Below, piece by piece: positions 43,446-54,181 of a stretch of 64,000 nucleotides of DNA. Each line of letters starts with the position of its first letter. The first letter of the stretch is position 1. Origin of the DNA: Shigella phage ESh25. Location: the sequence record ON528735. One strand, 5' to 3'. The notes beneath the pieces were generated by a model, which saw only the letters and a program-made list of their open reading frames with translations, searched no databases and had not been told where the DNA came from. A program made the position numbers and the translations under genes.

Positions 43446-46412
43446 ATGGCTACTTTAAAACAAATACAATTTAAAAGAAGCAAAACTGCAGGTCAACGTC
43501 CTGCTGCTTCAGTATTAGCCGAAGGTGAATTGGCTATAAACTTAAAAGATAAAACAATTTTCACAAAAGATGACTCAGGTAGTGTTATAGAATTAGGTTT
43601 AAAATATGGAGGAACAATTGATGGTTCTTTAACTGTTAATGGAAATATAATTGGAAATTTAACAGGTAACGCTGCAACTGCAACGAAATTAAAAACAGCA
43701 CGAAAAATTAATGGTATATCCTTTGATGGGTCAAAGGATATCACGCTAACTCCATCTGACATAAATGTCAATAGCACAACATTTATAAAAAATAATGGCG
43801 AATTACCTGTTGATGCTAATTTAGATGAGTATGGGCCTGTTGAAGAATATCTTGGTGTTTGGTCGAAAGCAACTTCAACCAACGCTCAACCAGCAAATAA
43901 ATTTCCAGAAGAAAATGCTGTAGGTGTGCTAGAAGTATTTGTGGCCGGTCAATTTGCTGGTACTCAGAGATATACAACTAGATACGGAAATGTTTATATT
44001 CGTTCCTTGACTGCTACATGGAACGGAGTAAATGGTCCGTGGAGTGTGTGGCGAAATATTCAATCCGGTACTCGTCCACTGTCAACAACAATTGATCTTA
44101 ATGATCTAGGAGGCGCTGAACACTTTGGTTTGTGGCGAAATAGTTCAAATTCTATTGCTACCTTTGACAGAAATTTCCCAGAAGAGGGGTCGTCAGCTCA
44201 AGGACTTTTAGAAGTATATGAAGGTGGAAACTATTCTCGCACACAGAGATATACGACCAGATTTGGTGTTGTTTATACTCGCTGTCTTGCTGCTGCGTGG
44301 GATGCTTCTGCGCCTAAATGGGGACCGTGGCAACAAGTCGGTAATGTCACACCAGCGACTTTTTATGATGGAGATCTGAATGATTTTAAAACTCCTGGGT
44401 TATATAATATTTTAGGCACTGATGCCGTTATTAACTGTCCTACCGGTGAAGGTTTGCCGACTGTTATTGTTGGTTTGCTGGAAGTTAAACAGCGTGCTTC
44501 TGGCGGTGCTATTTTCCAAAAATTTACTACTGCCGGAACGGGTGCAACTACCCGCGATCGTATTTTTGAGCGCGCATATACCGGCGGTGTTTGGGGTGCA
44601 TGGAACGAAGTATATACATCTTATTCTCTGCCAATTACTTTGGGTATGGGTGGTATTAAAGCTCAATTAGCGGAGTTAGATTGGCAAACCTTTGATTTTG
44701 TCCCTGGTAGTATGTTTAGCGTTCCTTTGAATAAAATAAAGAACATGCCAGCAAATATGGATTGGGGGACGATTGATGGAAACTTGGTTATGTTTTCTGT
44801 CGGTCCTAGCGAACATACTAGCACAGGGCGCACTGTTCAGGTTTGGCGCGGTACTGTATCCCAGACAAACTACCGTTATTTTGTCGTTCGTGTATTCGGT
44901 AATTCAGGAAATAGAACTTGCACAGTTCGTCGTGTTGTTCTTGAAGATGGTCGCCACAAATGGACAGCGCAGCAAGATTTTAATGGCGCAGTTAACTTCG
45001 GTGCTGCAACCACGTTTAAATCAACTACAACTTTTAATACAGAAGTTAAATTTCGCGCATTGAATGCGTTCCGCCTGTATGGCGGAAAATTTGGTACATT
45101 TTTCCGTAATGATGGAGAGAGTCTTTATATTCTTTCCACCGACGAAGATGATCAAGATGGAAACTTTAATACAAATAGACCTTTCCGTTATGAATTGAGA
45201 ACTGGTGATGTTACTTTAGGTGGTACTAGTGGTGCTAACGTTTTAAAATTAAAACGTGATTCTCTCACCGCATTTTTTGGTGGTGATATTAATATAAAAG
45301 GCTTGATGACTTTTGACGCCGGACGTTTAGGATCACGAGATTATTTTAAATTTAACCATTGGGGTGATAGTAATAATGCGCGTGATAACATTATTCAGTT
45401 AGAAGACAGCAAAGGAGTTCATTTTTCTACTGAACGTACTTTAGCGACTGGTGCAATTAAAACTAAATTCTTTGGTGAAGTTGAATCCGATGGTAGATTG
45501 ATTATTAAACGTCCGGGTGATTCTATTGTATTATCAGCACCTGCTAGTAATTCTTTGCATATTCGTGGTGACGTAGACGGTACTAATAACTGGTATATTG
45601 GTAAGGGTGGTGATGATAATGGATTAGCGTTCTATAGTTATGCTACTAATGCTGGTGTATACATTACAAACGCAGGGGATATCACGCTAAGTCCAAAAGG
45701 CGTCGAAATGGCTCATGTTAATAACGTTCGATTATATGTTCATGGTGAACGTTGGACCGCTAGTCAACCAGGTGATTGGGGCAACCAATGGCGAGTAGAA
45801 GCGCCAATATTCGTCGATCATGGTTATGTTGGATCAGATAGCTATTATCCAATTATTAAAGGAAGAAGTGTAGTCACCAATCAAGGGTTTGTAACTGCCG
45901 TCGATCTTGGTATTCGTCGTATCCCTAATAATTGGGGACAAGCAATTATTCGTGTTGGATCTGCGGAGGCTTCTCCTGATGCTGGTCATCCTAACGCGAT
46001 ATTCGAGTTCCACTATGATGGGTTCTTTTACGCACCAGGAAATGGAAATTTTAATGATGTGTATATTCGTTCCGATGGTCGTCTTAAGATTAATAAAAAA
46101 GAGCTAGAAAACGGAGCGGTTGAAAAAGTTTGCCGACTGAAAGTTTATACTTACGATAAAGTTAAGTCTATTAAAGACCGTAGTGTTATTAAACATGAAG
46201 TTGGTATTATTGCGCAGGATCTTGAAAAGGAATTGCCGGAAGCTGTATCTAAAGTTGAAGTTGATGGATCTGATGTTTTGACAATTTCTAACTCTGCTGT
46301 GAATGCTCTTTTAATTAAGGCCATTCAGGAAATGAGCGAAGAAATTAAAGAATTGAAAACACCTTTCTTCACTAAAATTGCTCGTAAAATTAGCAATTAT
46401 TTTAAATTCTAA
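43446..46412 (+). CDS. 37: long tail fibre distal subunit gp37, T2/T6-type with C-terminal intramolecular-chaperone-like domain
   Basis: 988 aa; T4-like N-terminus [13 protein letters not shown]; C-terminus carries [15 protein letters not shown]...[11 protein letters not shown], which resembles the auto-cleaving chaperone domain of phage fibres; no His-rich tip. Confidence 0.9.
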   Translation: MATLKQIQFKRSKTAGQRPAASVLAEGELAINLKDKTIFTKDDSGSVIELGLKYGGTIDGSLTVNGNIIGNLTGNAATATKLKTARKINGISFDGSKDITLTPSDINVNSTTFIKNNGELPVDANLDEYGPVEEYLGVWSKATSTNAQPANKFPEENAVGVLEVFVAGQFAGTQRYTTRYGNVYIRSLTATWNGVNGPWSVWRNIQSGTRPLSTTIDLNDLGGAEHFGLWRNSSNSIATFDRNFPEEGSSAQGLLEVYEGGNYSRTQRYTTRFGVVYTRCLAAAWDASAPKWGPWQQVGNVTPATFYDGDLNDFKTPGLYNILGTDAVINCPTGEGLPTVIVGLLEVKQRASGGAIFQKFTTAGTGATTRDRIFERAYTGGVWGAWNEVYTSYSLPITLGMGGIKAQLAELDWQTFDFVPGSMFSVPLNKIKNMPANMDWGTIDGNLVMFSVGPSEHTSTGRTVQVWRGTVSQTNYRYFVVRVFGNSGNRTCTVRRVVLEDGRHKWTAQQDFNGAVNFGAATTFKSTTTFNTEVKFRALNAFRLYGGKFGTFFRNDGESLYILSTDEDDQDGNFNTNRPFRYELRTGDVTLGGTSGANVLKLKRDSLTAFFGGDINIKGLMTFDAGRLGSRDYFKFNHWGDSNNARDNIIQLEDSKGVHFSTERTLATGAIKTKFFGEVESDGRLIIKRPGDSIVLSAPASNSLHIRGDVDGTNNWYIGKGGDDNGLAFYSYATNAGVYITNAGDITLSPKGVEMAHVNNVRLYVHGERWTASQPGDWGNQWRVEAPIFVDHGYVGSDSYYPIIKGRSVVTNQGFVTAVDLGIRRIPNNWGQAIIRVGSAEASPDAGHPNAIFEFHYDGFFYAPGNGNFNDVYIRSDGRLKINKKELENGAVEKVCRLKVYTYDKVKSIKDRSVIKHEVGIIAQDLEKELPEAVSKVEVDGSDVLTISNSAVNALLIKAIQEMSEEIKELKTPFFTKIARKISNYFKF

Positions 46413-46417
46413 CAACA

Positions 46418-46430
46418 AGGGGCTTTGCCC
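46418..46430 (+). other. GC hairpin GGGGC-UUU-GCCCC between genes 37 and 38, just upstream of the gene 38 Shine-Dalgarno
   Basis: Stem-loop followed by TTTGGAGAAAATTATG. Confidence 0.4.
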
Positions 46431-46444
46431 CTTTGGAGAAAATT

Positions 46445-47245
46445 ATGGCAGTAGTTGGTGTTCCTGGTTGGATTGGAAGTTCATCCGTAAATGAAACAGG
46501 ACAACGATGGATGAGTCAAGCGGCTGGTCAATTAAGATTGGGTATTCCTTGCTGGATGAGTCAATTTGCAGGTCGCTCAAGAGAAATTATTCACACGCTT
46601 GGAGCAGACCATAACTTCAATGGTCAATGGTTCCGAGATAGATGTTTTGAGGCAGGTAGTGCACCTATAGTGTTTAATATCACAGGAAATTTGGTATCAT
46701 ATTCTAGAGATGTTCCTTTATTCTTCATGTATGGAGATACACCAAATGAATATGTTCAGTTGAATATTAGCGGTGGAGCTCATATGTGGGGCAGAGGTGG
46801 ACAAGGTGGATGGACTCATTCTGGTGGAGATGGTAATGGTCAACAGGGTGGACATTGTATTCAAAATGACATTGGTGGTCGGTTAAGAATTAATAATGGT
46901 GGAGTAATTTGTGGCGGAGGAGGCGGTGGCGGCGGTATCGCTTATCGTCCTCACTCTGGTGCAAACTGGCAAGATATTGGTGGCGGTGGAGGAAGACCGT
47001 TTGGCCCAGGAGGTGGCGGTGGTTATTCAGGAGGTGCTGCTTCTTATGATGGCCCAGGAGGTGGTTATAATTATGGTATTGCTCACTCTGGTCAAGGTGG
47101 CGATGCTGGAGGAAATGGACAAAATGCCTGGCATGATGGTGGTAAAGTTCTAAAAGTTGGCGCTGGCGGGGCGGCAGGTTATGCTGTAATAGGGTCTGCT
47201 CCAACATGGCAAAATGTTGGAATAATATATGGTCCAAGAGTATAA
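46445..47245 (+). CDS. 38: gp38 receptor-recognising adhesin (T2-type, glycine-rich motifs flanking variable segments)
   Basis: 266 aa from MAVVGVPGW; polyglycine runs GGGGGGGG, GGGGG, GGGGG separated by short variable segments. Confidence 0.85.
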   Translation: MAVVGVPGWIGSSSVNETGQRWMSQAAGQLRLGIPCWMSQFAGRSREIIHTLGADHNFNGQWFRDRCFEAGSAPIVFNITGNLVSYSRDVPLFFMYGDTPNEYVQLNISGGAHMWGRGGQGGWTHSGGDGNGQQGGHCIQNDIGGRLRINNGGVICGGGGGGGGIAYRPHSGANWQDIGGGGGRPFGPGGGGGYSGGAASYDGPGGGYNYGIAHSGQGGDAGGNGQNAWHDGGKVLKVGAGGAAGYAVIGSAPTWQNVGIIYGPRV

Positions 47246-47276
47246 TTTTGAATAAATACCCTTAAAAGGAGGGTCT

Positions 47277-47933
47277 ATGACAGCACCTAGAATATCATTT
47301 TCGCCCTCTGGTATTCTGTTTGGTGTTCTAGATCGCTTGTTCAAAGATAACGCTACCGGGAAGGTTCTTGCTTCCCGGGTAGCTGTCGTAATTCTTTTGT
47401 TTATAATGGCGATTGTTTGGTATAGGGGAGATAGTTTCTTTGAGTACTATAAGCAATCAAAGTATGAAACATACAGTGAAATTATTGAAAAGGAAAGAAA
47501 TGCACGCTTTGAATCTGTCGCCCTGGAACAACTCCAGATAGTTCATATATCATCTGAGGCAGACTTTAGTGCGGTGTATTCTTTCCGCCCTAAAAACTTA
47601 AACTATTTTGTTGATATTATAGCATATGAAGGAAAATTACCTTCAACAATAAGTGAAAAATCACTTGGAGGATATCCTGTTGATAAAACTATGGATGAAT
47701 ATGCAGTTCATTTAAATGGACGTCATTATTATTCAAACTCAAAATTTGCTTTTTTACCAACTAAAAAGCCTACTCCCGAAATAAATTACATGTACAGTTG
47801 TCCATATTTTAATTTGGATAATATCTATGCTGGAACAATAACCATGTACTGGTATAGAAATGATCATATAAGTAATGACCGCCTTGAATCAATATGTGCT
47901 CAGGCGGCCAGAATATTAGGAAGGGCTAAATAA
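47277..47933 (+). CDS. t: holin
   Basis: 218 aa, same as T4 T holin; single N-terminal transmembrane helix and large periplasmic domain. Confidence 0.9.
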   Translation: MTAPRISFSPSGILFGVLDRLFKDNATGKVLASRVAVVILLFIMAIVWYRGDSFFEYYKQSKYETYSEIIEKERNARFESVALEQLQIVHISSEADFSAVYSFRPKNLNYFVDIIAYEGKLPSTISEKSLGGYPVDKTMDEYAVHLNGRHYYSNSKFAFLPTKKPTPEINYMYSCPYFNLDNIYAGTITMYWYRNDHISNDRLESICAQAARILGRAK

Positions 47934-48206
47934 TTATTTGTTTGTATACATCTCTAGATATCGATATACACCCTCAAAACCCTCGTTGAATTCGTCGATG
48001 AGGGTTTTCTTATCTTCTTGAGTTAATTCAGAAACAATTTTACGGAATGAATTCTGATTTAACTTTCTACCTTCATGCGTTACTCCAATCTCATTCAGAA
48101 ATGCAATAAAATTAGCACGATTCTCAACAATATCTTCTCTGGAAAATTTAATCAAAATAGACGCAACAGTAATAATTTCACGAACTGTATCAATATTTTT
48201 ATTCAT
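47934..48206 (-). CDS. asiA: AsiA anti-sigma70 factor
   Basis: 90 aa, same as T4 AsiA; recalled N-terminus MNKNIDTVREII. Confidence 0.9.
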   Translation of the reverse strand: MNKNIDTVREIITVASILIKFSREDIVENRANFIAFLNEIGVTHEGRKLNQNSFRKIVSELTQEDKKTLIDEFNEGFEGVYRYLEMYTNK

Positions 48207-48218
48207 TAACTATACCAC

Positions 48219-48371
48219 TCAATTAGTTGACTTTGCTATAATATCATCAGACGTTTGATTTGTAAACTGGTCTGTGGTATTTTCTTCAAAAATTTTTTCT
48301 ACGAATTCCTTGAACGACTTACGTTCCTGAGCTACATTATGCTCGATTACTTTTTCAAGATTATGACTCAT
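48219..48371 (-). CDS. possible small acidic ORF (50 aa) coupled to the arn stop (ATGA overlap)
   Basis: Found by eye; overlaps the asiA promoter, so may not be translated. Confidence 0.3.
   Translation of the reverse strand: MSHNLEKVIEHNVAQERKSFKEFVEKIFEENTTDQFTNQTSDDIIAKSTN
48238..48267 (-). promoter_or_regulatory. early promoter for asiA
   Basis: GTTTAC, 18 nt, TATTAT about 30 nt before the asiA ATG. Confidence 0.55.
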
Positions 48372-48646
48372 TCGAAATAATCTTCAATTTCATAATCAAG
48401 GACATAAATCATTATAGTTTTTAATACATCATCAATACTTTTTCCTGGAGCTGGAATTACGTAAAAATATCCTGCTTTTGAGTTATCTTTATAAGTTCCA
48501 ATCAAGAAATCATTATTCCCAAGATGTAGTTCTTCAACTAATTCATTAACAATTGAGTGATATAAATTTGGTAGAAACTTGTATAGCTTTTCTAGAATAT
48601 CAATTTTGATTGTGTATTGAACCACAGATTGAGAATCAATAATCAT
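48368..48646 (-). CDS. arn: Arn anti-restriction (McrBC inhibitor) protein
   Basis: 92 aa, same as T4 Arn; position adjacent to asiA. Confidence 0.7.
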   Translation of the reverse strand: MIIDSQSVVQYTIKIDILEKLYKFLPNLYHSIVNELVEELHLGNNDFLIGTYKDNSKAGYFYVIPAPGKSIDDVLKTIMIYVLDYEIEDYFE

Positions 48647-48729
48647 AGACCTTCCCCTTATGTTTCTGTTTGCGATTAGATTCTTTAAACGCTTTCTTCT
48701 TATCCTTATGGACAGAAGCTTTATTAAAA

Positions 48730-48948
48730 TTATGTTTTGCGACTAAATTGTTCATAGTGCTGAATTACCTCTCTTAAACAATTGCATGTGAATGAAAACT
48801 TTTTAGCTACACCACATTCAAATATATGTTCTCTTAAATCACGTGTGTCAGTATATCCCATCTCAACGATAAAATGTCTTATTAAATTTTTATCTTTATC
48901 ATTAAGAGAATTAAAATAATCAGATTTTGAATTAATTTCCCTGGCCAA
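48730..48948 (-). CDS. hypothetical protein (72 aa), Cys-containing
   Basis: ORF in the arn-motA array. Confidence 0.5.
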   Translation of the reverse strand: MAREINSKSDYFNSLNDKDKNLIRHFIVEMGYTDTRDLREHIFECGVAKKFSFTCNCLREVIQHYEQFSRKT

Positions 48949-49228
48949 ATTGAATCACCTTCAGTTGACGTTTTAATTCTTTTATCATTTCTTCGTTCAT
49001 CGCAATATAAAGATCGCGTAAAGCAGGTTTTAACATTCCATTTACTGGAGAACTAAATGGACACACATAATCTTTTCCTACGAGCTTTTTGGCGAATTCC
49101 ATATTACAGAACTTAAATCCCGGCTCATTGGTATAAATTCCCCAATTAGTTGACATCATTTTATTAGCATATTCCAGTGCCTGGATTTGATTCATAATTC
49201 CATCGATTTGAAACTTTTTAATATTCAT
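48932..49228 (-). CDS. hypothetical protein (98 aa)
   Basis: ORF in the arn-motA array. Confidence 0.5.
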   Translation of the reverse strand: MNIKKFQIDGIMNQIQALEYANKMMSTNWGIYTNEPGFKFCNMEFAKKLVGKDYVCPFSSPVNGMLKPALRDLYIAMNEEMIKELKRQLKVIQFGQGN

Positions 49229-49689
49229 TAGTAAAGGTCCTCAGAGTAAAGTTCTTTTTCACTACCACCACGTTCAATACGTACTTGTCCAGCGTAAGTT
49301 GCAATAATCATTGCTTCTTCGCGAGTCCAATAATTACTATATTGGTCAATAAACCCTTGGTCATCATCACAAACTTGTTGAGTAACTAATTGAGGTTTAA
49401 CTACATCTAAAACTTCTGCCATATCTTTAGAATAATGACGAGCACCTGGAATAATAAGAGTTCGTCCATCTTTTAATTTAAAACGGTTGGCTGCACAGAC
49501 AATTCGTCGTTGATACTTTTGGTTTTCATCCCAATATGCAGTCTGCCAACAGATTTCAGGAACTTCATCTAAAACATTTTGTTCTGTATATTCACCACCA
49601 TAAGAAGCTAATTTAGCAGCCAGACTTTCCGGAGTCTCACGAGATAAAGCTTTATCTAACAGAGCTAAACGTTCTTTAAAAGTTTTCAT
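49228..49689 (-). CDS. hypothetical protein (153 aa)
   Basis: ORF in the arn-motA array; ATGA-type overlaps. Confidence 0.55.
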   Translation of the reverse strand: MKTFKERLALLDKALSRETPESLAAKLASYGGEYTEQNVLDEVPEICWQTAYWDENQKYQRRIVCAANRFKLKDGRTLIIPGARHYSKDMAEVLDVVKPQLVTQQVCDDDQGFIDQYSNYWTREEAMIIATYAGQVRIERGGSEKELYSEDLY

Positions 49690-50015
49690 TTAAACCATCC
49701 TTTAATACGCTGCCACAAAGTTTTCTGTTGAGCTTTGTTAACACCAATTGAACGAATAACCGGTTGAGATTCCTGGAATTCTTTATAATCGGCAAGGTAA
49801 ATTTCGTAAGCTGCATCTGTAAAGGAACTTATCGCTGCCATAAAATTATTGCGAATACCTACTGGAGCATCTTTACTTTCACGAATAATCATGTATTTAC
49901 CAGTCTTAATCTTTACAATAGTTCCAAGATAAGCTCCATGGTACCAAATATCCCAACCCTCTTGAGTAGGTTCTGCACAACGACGAAGTTCATTGACAAT
50001 TTCTAACTTGTTCAT
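49686..50015 (-). CDS. hypothetical protein (109 aa)
   Basis: ORF in the arn-motA array. Confidence 0.55.
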   Translation of the reverse strand: MNKLEIVNELRRCAEPTQEGWDIWYHGAYLGTIVKIKTGKYMIIRESKDAPVGIRNNFMAAISSFTDAAYEIYLADYKEFQESQPVIRSIGVNKAQQKTLWQRIKGWFK

Positions 50016-50025
50016 TATTTATTCC

Positions 50026-50661
50026 TCACAGTTCAGATGCTACAGTGATTACAGCTTCAATGATTTCTGCCGAGCGTTTAATGTCAAGATACACATTACC
50101 GTTTTTAGCGATTTTACATGACATTCCGATATCAGTAAATTTCTGAATATGATGTTCCATCATTTTGTATCCAAAAATTCGCATATTTCCATTGTTGTTA
50201 ATTTCAAAATTGCGAATTCCATGTGTACGTTTTTCTAAAATGGCAAGATAATTACTACGATAAGTTTCAACCTTTTTAAGAACAAATCCATTTTCATCTA
50301 GCAGTTTTAACATGAGATCTTTATCTTCTTCCATATCGGAAGTAATCTCGCGAGCTTTACGAGTAGCACGTTTTTTCAGAAGTTCTGGAGCATTTTCTTG
50401 CGCATATAAAGTTGCTGCGTTTGAAATAATATCTTGCGCTTCGCCTGTGATGATTAATCCATCACCTGATTTCTCCACCAGGCCTTTTTTAATCAATACC
50501 CCAATATTACTATTAACTACTGCGTTACCTAAATCTGGATTCACCTCACGAACTTCTGCAGCTGTAATGAAATCTTTCTTAGCAATAGTAATTAAAATCG
50601 CAGCAGTTTTTTCATTCAGAACATCGTTAGAAGCTTTGATGATGTAAGTTACTTTAGACAT
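50026..50661 (-). CDS. motA: MotA middle-transcription activator
   Basis: 211 aa, same as T4 MotA; between 52 and the arn cluster. Confidence 0.85.
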   Translation of the reverse strand: MSKVTYIIKASNDVLNEKTAAILITIAKKDFITAAEVREVNPDLGNAVVNSNIGVLIKKGLVEKSGDGLIITGEAQDIISNAATLYAQENAPELLKKRATRKAREITSDMEEDKDLMLKLLDENGFVLKKVETYRSNYLAILEKRTHGIRNFEINNNGNMRIFGYKMMEHHIQKFTDIGMSCKIAKNGNVYLDIKRSAEIIEAVITVASEL

Positions 50662-50698
50662 TTTAATCTCCGTTTCAGTTCATTTATTTGATAGGTCT

Positions 50699-50727
50699 AT
50701 AGTATCATGTTTAAAGCAGAAGTAAAC
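50699..50727 (-). promoter_or_regulatory. early promoter for motA
   Basis: GTTTAC, 17 nt, TACTAT; leader shares the 23-nt CTATCAAATAAATGAACTGAAAC with the neighbouring cassette at 51010-51035. Confidence 0.55.
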
Positions 50728-50766
50728 ACTTTTTTGCACTCTTTTTCAAGAGCTCTAATAAAGTAC

Positions 50767-50994
50767 TTACTTAATGTTCAGATTACGAACTTCGATTTCG
50801 TCTTCATGGGCAAAATCAAACTGTTTGAATTCTGTGTCACCTTTAAATTTAAAAATCATTGTGAAGAAAGTCAGAACACCAGGTTTTTCTTCACGAACTC
50901 CACAGATATTATATTCAATACCATCTACAACCAGTTTGTTAGCAGTCAGAGCATTTTTAGCTTTAACGATTTCGTTTTCGATTTTAAATTTCAT
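50767..50994 (-). CDS. hypothetical protein (75 aa)
   Basis: GGAGA Shine-Dalgarno; own promoter. Confidence 0.55.
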   Translation of the reverse strand: MKFKIENEIVKAKNALTANKLVVDGIEYNICGVREEKPGVLTFFTMIFKFKGDTEFKQFDFAHEDEIEVRNLNIK

Positions 50995-51043
50995 TTTTTG
51001 TATCTCCGGGTTGTTTGTTTCAGTTCATTTATTTGATAGTTGT

Positions 51044-51073
51044 ATAGTACCACAGTATGCTTTGGTTGTAAAC
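51044..51073 (-). promoter_or_regulatory. early promoter; repeated cassette (near-identical to 34358-34420)
   Basis: GTTTAC, 18 nt, TACTAT with conserved upstream AAAATTTTTTCACAAAAC. Confidence 0.5.
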
Positions 51074-51095
51074 CGTTTTGTGAAAAAATTTTTGA

Positions 51096-51124
51096 AATAA
51101 AAAAGGGAGAGCCGAGGCTCTCCC
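51096..51124 (-). terminator. rho-independent terminator
   Basis: Stem GGGAGAGCC/GGCTCTCCC followed on minus strand by TTTTTTATTT. Confidence 0.7.
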
Positions 51125-51129
51125 TAAAA

Positions 51130-51279
51130 TTACTGCATGACTGTGATAACCGTCATGATAACACGTTGAATTCCGAACGCAAGAAGACCTCCTGCTACGG
51201 CAGGAACAACACCTAAACCCGCCAGTAAAATGCCACCAGATACTAATGCAGCGCTTGTGATACCAATGAATGGACTCAT
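51130..51279 (-). CDS. small hydrophobic Gly/Ala-rich membrane peptide (49 aa)
   Basis: Found by eye; ATGA overlap with the gene 52 stop; single predicted transmembrane segment. Confidence 0.45.
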   Translation of the reverse strand: MSPFIGITSAALVSGGILLAGLGVVPAVAGGLLAFGIQRVIMTVITVMQ

Positions 51280-52604
51280 TTGATTTCCTCTAAATCTTTG
51301 GTGTATTCTGTAACTACATCAGTAGTTTTCCAATATTCGTTTTCTTCTTTTTTGGCTTTAGCTTCTTCAGCAAGTTTCTTTGCTTCGTCGGAAGTCATAT
51401 GAAAAATATTCATTCCGACTAGTTTATCAACATAAGAAGAATACATCTCAATTTTAGAAAGTTCTTCGGTCAGTTCTTTACGAGTTTTACCCTGCACAAC
51501 AATTTCACCTGAAATTACTTTCTTAATGAAATGTGCCTTGGCAAAAGCTAAACGAAATGCTAATTCAGTTTCTTTGATTTTGTTATCAATTCGTTTTTGG
51601 ACATAAGTTTTACGAACTTCAACGAAGTCTTTGATTAAATCAACTACATTATCGTAAACTTGTAGTTTTCCTTTCTCATTAATAACCGTAATATTCTGAG
51701 AACGACGCTCAATCAACCCGAAGTCTTTCATAATTTTTGCATGGCGTTCTTCTTCGTTATCGCTCAAAGAGTATTCTTTGCGGAATTTAACTTTGAAGCC
51801 AAAGCCATGCTCACCACAAGCATCATCCCATGTAATGAAGCCTTTATCTTCAAGCGGGTCTAAGATTTTACTCACATAAGTTTCACGATCATACTTATAT
51901 GGAATCTCAGTGATATGCATTTGAGTTCGTGAAGTAAACTTATATGTTCCACGAATTTCATATTGCCCATCAATTTCAACGACTTCACCACGAAATTCTG
52001 GGAATTCTACCTTCGGTTTAGTTACTTTCTTTCCTTGAAGAGCTTGCAGTACAGCTTTCTTGACAGAAGAAACACTATGAGGAAGAATGTAAGTTGCATA
52101 ACCAGTTGCAATACCGGAAACGCCATTAAGAAGAACAGTAGGAATAATAGGCAAATAGAAAGCAGGCGGAATGTGTTCTTTATCTTGATGTACCGGAGCA
52201 TATTCAGTATCTTTATATACGTTATAGAAATTTTTACTTACACGAGCAAAAATATAACGACTTGCTGCTGCCTTTTGGACAGTACGAGAACCAAAGTTTC
52301 CTTGACCGTCTAACAGAGGAAAGTTATTATTCCAAGTGTTAGCCATCAAAGCACCTGCGTCTTGTGCAGAGTTTTCGCCATGGTGATATCCAAGGTCCGC
52401 TACACCACCTGCAATAGAAGCGAGTTTGTGAAACTTATCTTTATTTCCTCGTGCCAAATCAAGAGCTCGAGCAATAACAAATCGTTGAACTGGCTTAAAT
52501 CCATCAATCATATTTGGGATAGCACGATTTTCAACCGTGTACATAGCATAAGCCAATGCTTCATTATCAATGATACTTTTTAAATCGCGATTATTCAGTT
52601 GCAT
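51276..52604 (-). CDS. 52: DNA topoisomerase II medium subunit gp52 (GyrA-like)
   Basis: 442 aa, same as T4 gp52. Confidence 0.9.
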   Translation of the reverse strand: MQLNNRDLKSIIDNEALAYAMYTVENRAIPNMIDGFKPVQRFVIARALDLARGNKDKFHKLASIAGGVADLGYHHGENSAQDAGALMANTWNNNFPLLDGQGNFGSRTVQKAAASRYIFARVSKNFYNVYKDTEYAPVHQDKEHIPPAFYLPIIPTVLLNGVSGIATGYATYILPHSVSSVKKAVLQALQGKKVTKPKVEFPEFRGEVVEIDGQYEIRGTYKFTSRTQMHITEIPYKYDRETYVSKILDPLEDKGFITWDDACGEHGFGFKVKFRKEYSLSDNEEERHAKIMKDFGLIERRSQNITVINEKGKLQVYDNVVDLIKDFVEVRKTYVQKRIDNKIKETELAFRLAFAKAHFIKKVISGEIVVQGKTRKELTEELSKIEMYSSYVDKLVGMNIFHMTSDEAKKLAEEAKAKKEENEYWKTTDVVTEYTKDLEEIK

Positions 52605-52741
52605 AAATTTACCATACTAGTGAATGTAGTGCCATAATAACATCAGAAATGAAAAGCACGACTTGAATTAATCCGAACATTATTCCGTAATATAACGCTA
52701 TCAATAAAATAGCAAGGGCTAATGAATAGCCCAAGATTTTC

Positions 52742-52897
52742 TTAATCATTAGATAACAACACAAATGTTAAATATGCACACATACCTTGGGCTAAAGCCT
52801 GCGAAAACACACTGCTGGCATCGATACAGATAGTTAAAACACATGCTACTATCCAACAAATAAATGAAATAACTCCTAATAATTTTGCGATATTCAT
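52742..52897 (-). CDS. ac: small membrane protein (51 aa), Ac-like
   Basis: Found by eye; 51 aa hydrophobic; GAGGAAAAT Shine-Dalgarno; T4 order 52-ac-stp-ndd. Confidence 0.5.
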   Translation of the reverse strand: MNIAKLLGVISFICWIVACVLTICIDASSVFSQALAQGMCAYLTFVLLSND

Positions 52898-52904
52898 ATT
52901 TTCC

Positions 52905-52985
52905 TCACTGGCGTCCGAAGACGCCTTTAGTTTTAAGATTATTACGATAGAACTGCATCACGTGTTCGTTGTGGAAATTACTCAT
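52905..52985 (-). CDS. stp: Stp peptide (26 aa), activator of the host PrrC anticodon nuclease
   Basis: Translation [26 protein letters not shown] matches recalled T4 Stp; 1-nt overlap with the ndd stop. Confidence 0.7.
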
Positions 52986-53443
52986 TAATATGCCTGCAAA
53001 ACGAATTTAAAATTATCAGCCAACATACGGTTCATTTCTTCAAGTGTTTGATACTCAGAATGATGATTACGAGTAAACGCTAAAGCTAACTGTCCTTTTC
53101 CAAATCCCGTCGTCAGAGGTTTCATCTTAGAAGCAGGCAGATAAAATACTGTGTATGGAACATTGTTATTTGCAATAGTACGTGCAAGCTGAGACCGACG
53201 TTGACGAATATGACTTAGAACTGCACTGAATCCTTGCTTAGAACGCTGATTACCTACATAAAATCGTGCAGACACACATGGATTACTAAATGGACGACCA
53301 TCTAATTTACTTACTAAAAAGTAAAATCCAGGTTTAGATAAAATGTCTTTATGCGGAGTTCCCAAAAACCATTCACCGCCCTTGATTGTGCCAATAACAG
53401 TAGCGCCTGCATTATTCAGATCAGTAACAGTCATGTATTTCAT
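52985..53443 (-). CDS. ndd: Ndd nucleoid disruption protein
   Basis: 152 aa from [13 protein letters not shown] (T4 Ndd about 151 aa); track start is an upstream extension. Confidence 0.85.
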
Positions 53444-53503
53444 ATTAATTTCCTCTAAATTATTTTCTACTCCAAGGCCGCATGAATACACACGGCCATT
53501 AAA

Positions 53504-53719
53504 TTACTCGTCGCAGTCGACGCTCAATTCCCAGAATTCTTCTACGGTATAAGTTTCAGTATCATTTTCAATACAGAAACGTTCATTACTGTTATTTGCT
53601 AAAGTAGCGTTAACTGTCATTTTCTCGCTGGTGCTCTTAAGAGGTGAAATACGAATTAACTGATCACCACTATTCAAGCAAAAAATTTCGCCAACTTTTA
53701 CATCTTTAAAAATTTTCAT
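53504..53719 (-). CDS. hypothetical protein (71 aa)
   Basis: ORF in the ndd-denB small-ORF array. Confidence 0.5.
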   Translation of the reverse strand: MKIFKDVKVGEIFCLNSGDQLIRISPLKSTSEKMTVNATLANNSNERFCIENDTETYTVEEFWELSVDCDE

Positions 53720-53834
53720 AATTCACCTCAGGGAGTATAAAACCCAAATGCAGTTGTTGACCATCCCATCCAATATGGAAAATTTGCACCAATGTAAAAC
53801 ATAAGAATATAAAACCAACCGCTCAGCAAATTCA

Positions 53835-54032
53835 TCATTTTACACCATTCCAAATTGTTTCAACTACGGATTTTAAACCATTTTGATGAATGTCCATTCC
53901 GACTACCGCCATCAAATAGATTCCAACTACAACTGAACCTAAGGCAAAAATCAGCATGAAAATGAATAAAGCCGGAAAAATATTATCGAAAAACCATTCA
54001 ATAAATGTAAAAGCACTGCGTTTACGCTTCAT
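53835..54032 (-). CDS. small membrane protein (65 aa from MKRKRS)
   Basis: GAGGAAAATATG start; one hydrophobic helix. Confidence 0.5.
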   Translation of the reverse strand: MKRKRSAFTFIEWFFDNIFPALFIFMLIFALGSVVVGIYLMAVVGMDIHQNGLKSVVETIWNGVK

Positions 54033-54039
54033 ATTTTCC

Positions 54040-54153
54040 TCACATAAATCCAAAATAAACGTTTAATACATCAATCATTAAAACGATTGGGAATATACTC
54101 AAAACTATTAGTATTATAACTACATTCCATATAGCTTTAATAATCTTTTTCAT
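54040..54153 (-). CDS. small hydrophobic peptide (37 aa)
   Basis: Track N-terminal extension reads through the promoter at 54182-54211; Shine-Dalgarno GGAGGAAC. Confidence 0.4.
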   Translation of the reverse strand: MKKIIKAIWNVVIILIVLSIFPIVLMIDVLNVYFGFM

Positions 54154-54181
54154 TTTCTGTTCCTCCGTAGTTGATAGGGTA

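Noticed and set aside
46890-47237. 115-aa His/Leu-rich ORF on the minus strand inside gene 38
   Set aside because: It is the antisense reading of the glycine-codon-rich (GGT/GGC) gp38 sequence, which forces His/Leu-rich codons; no start context, and it lies fully within a confidently called late gene.
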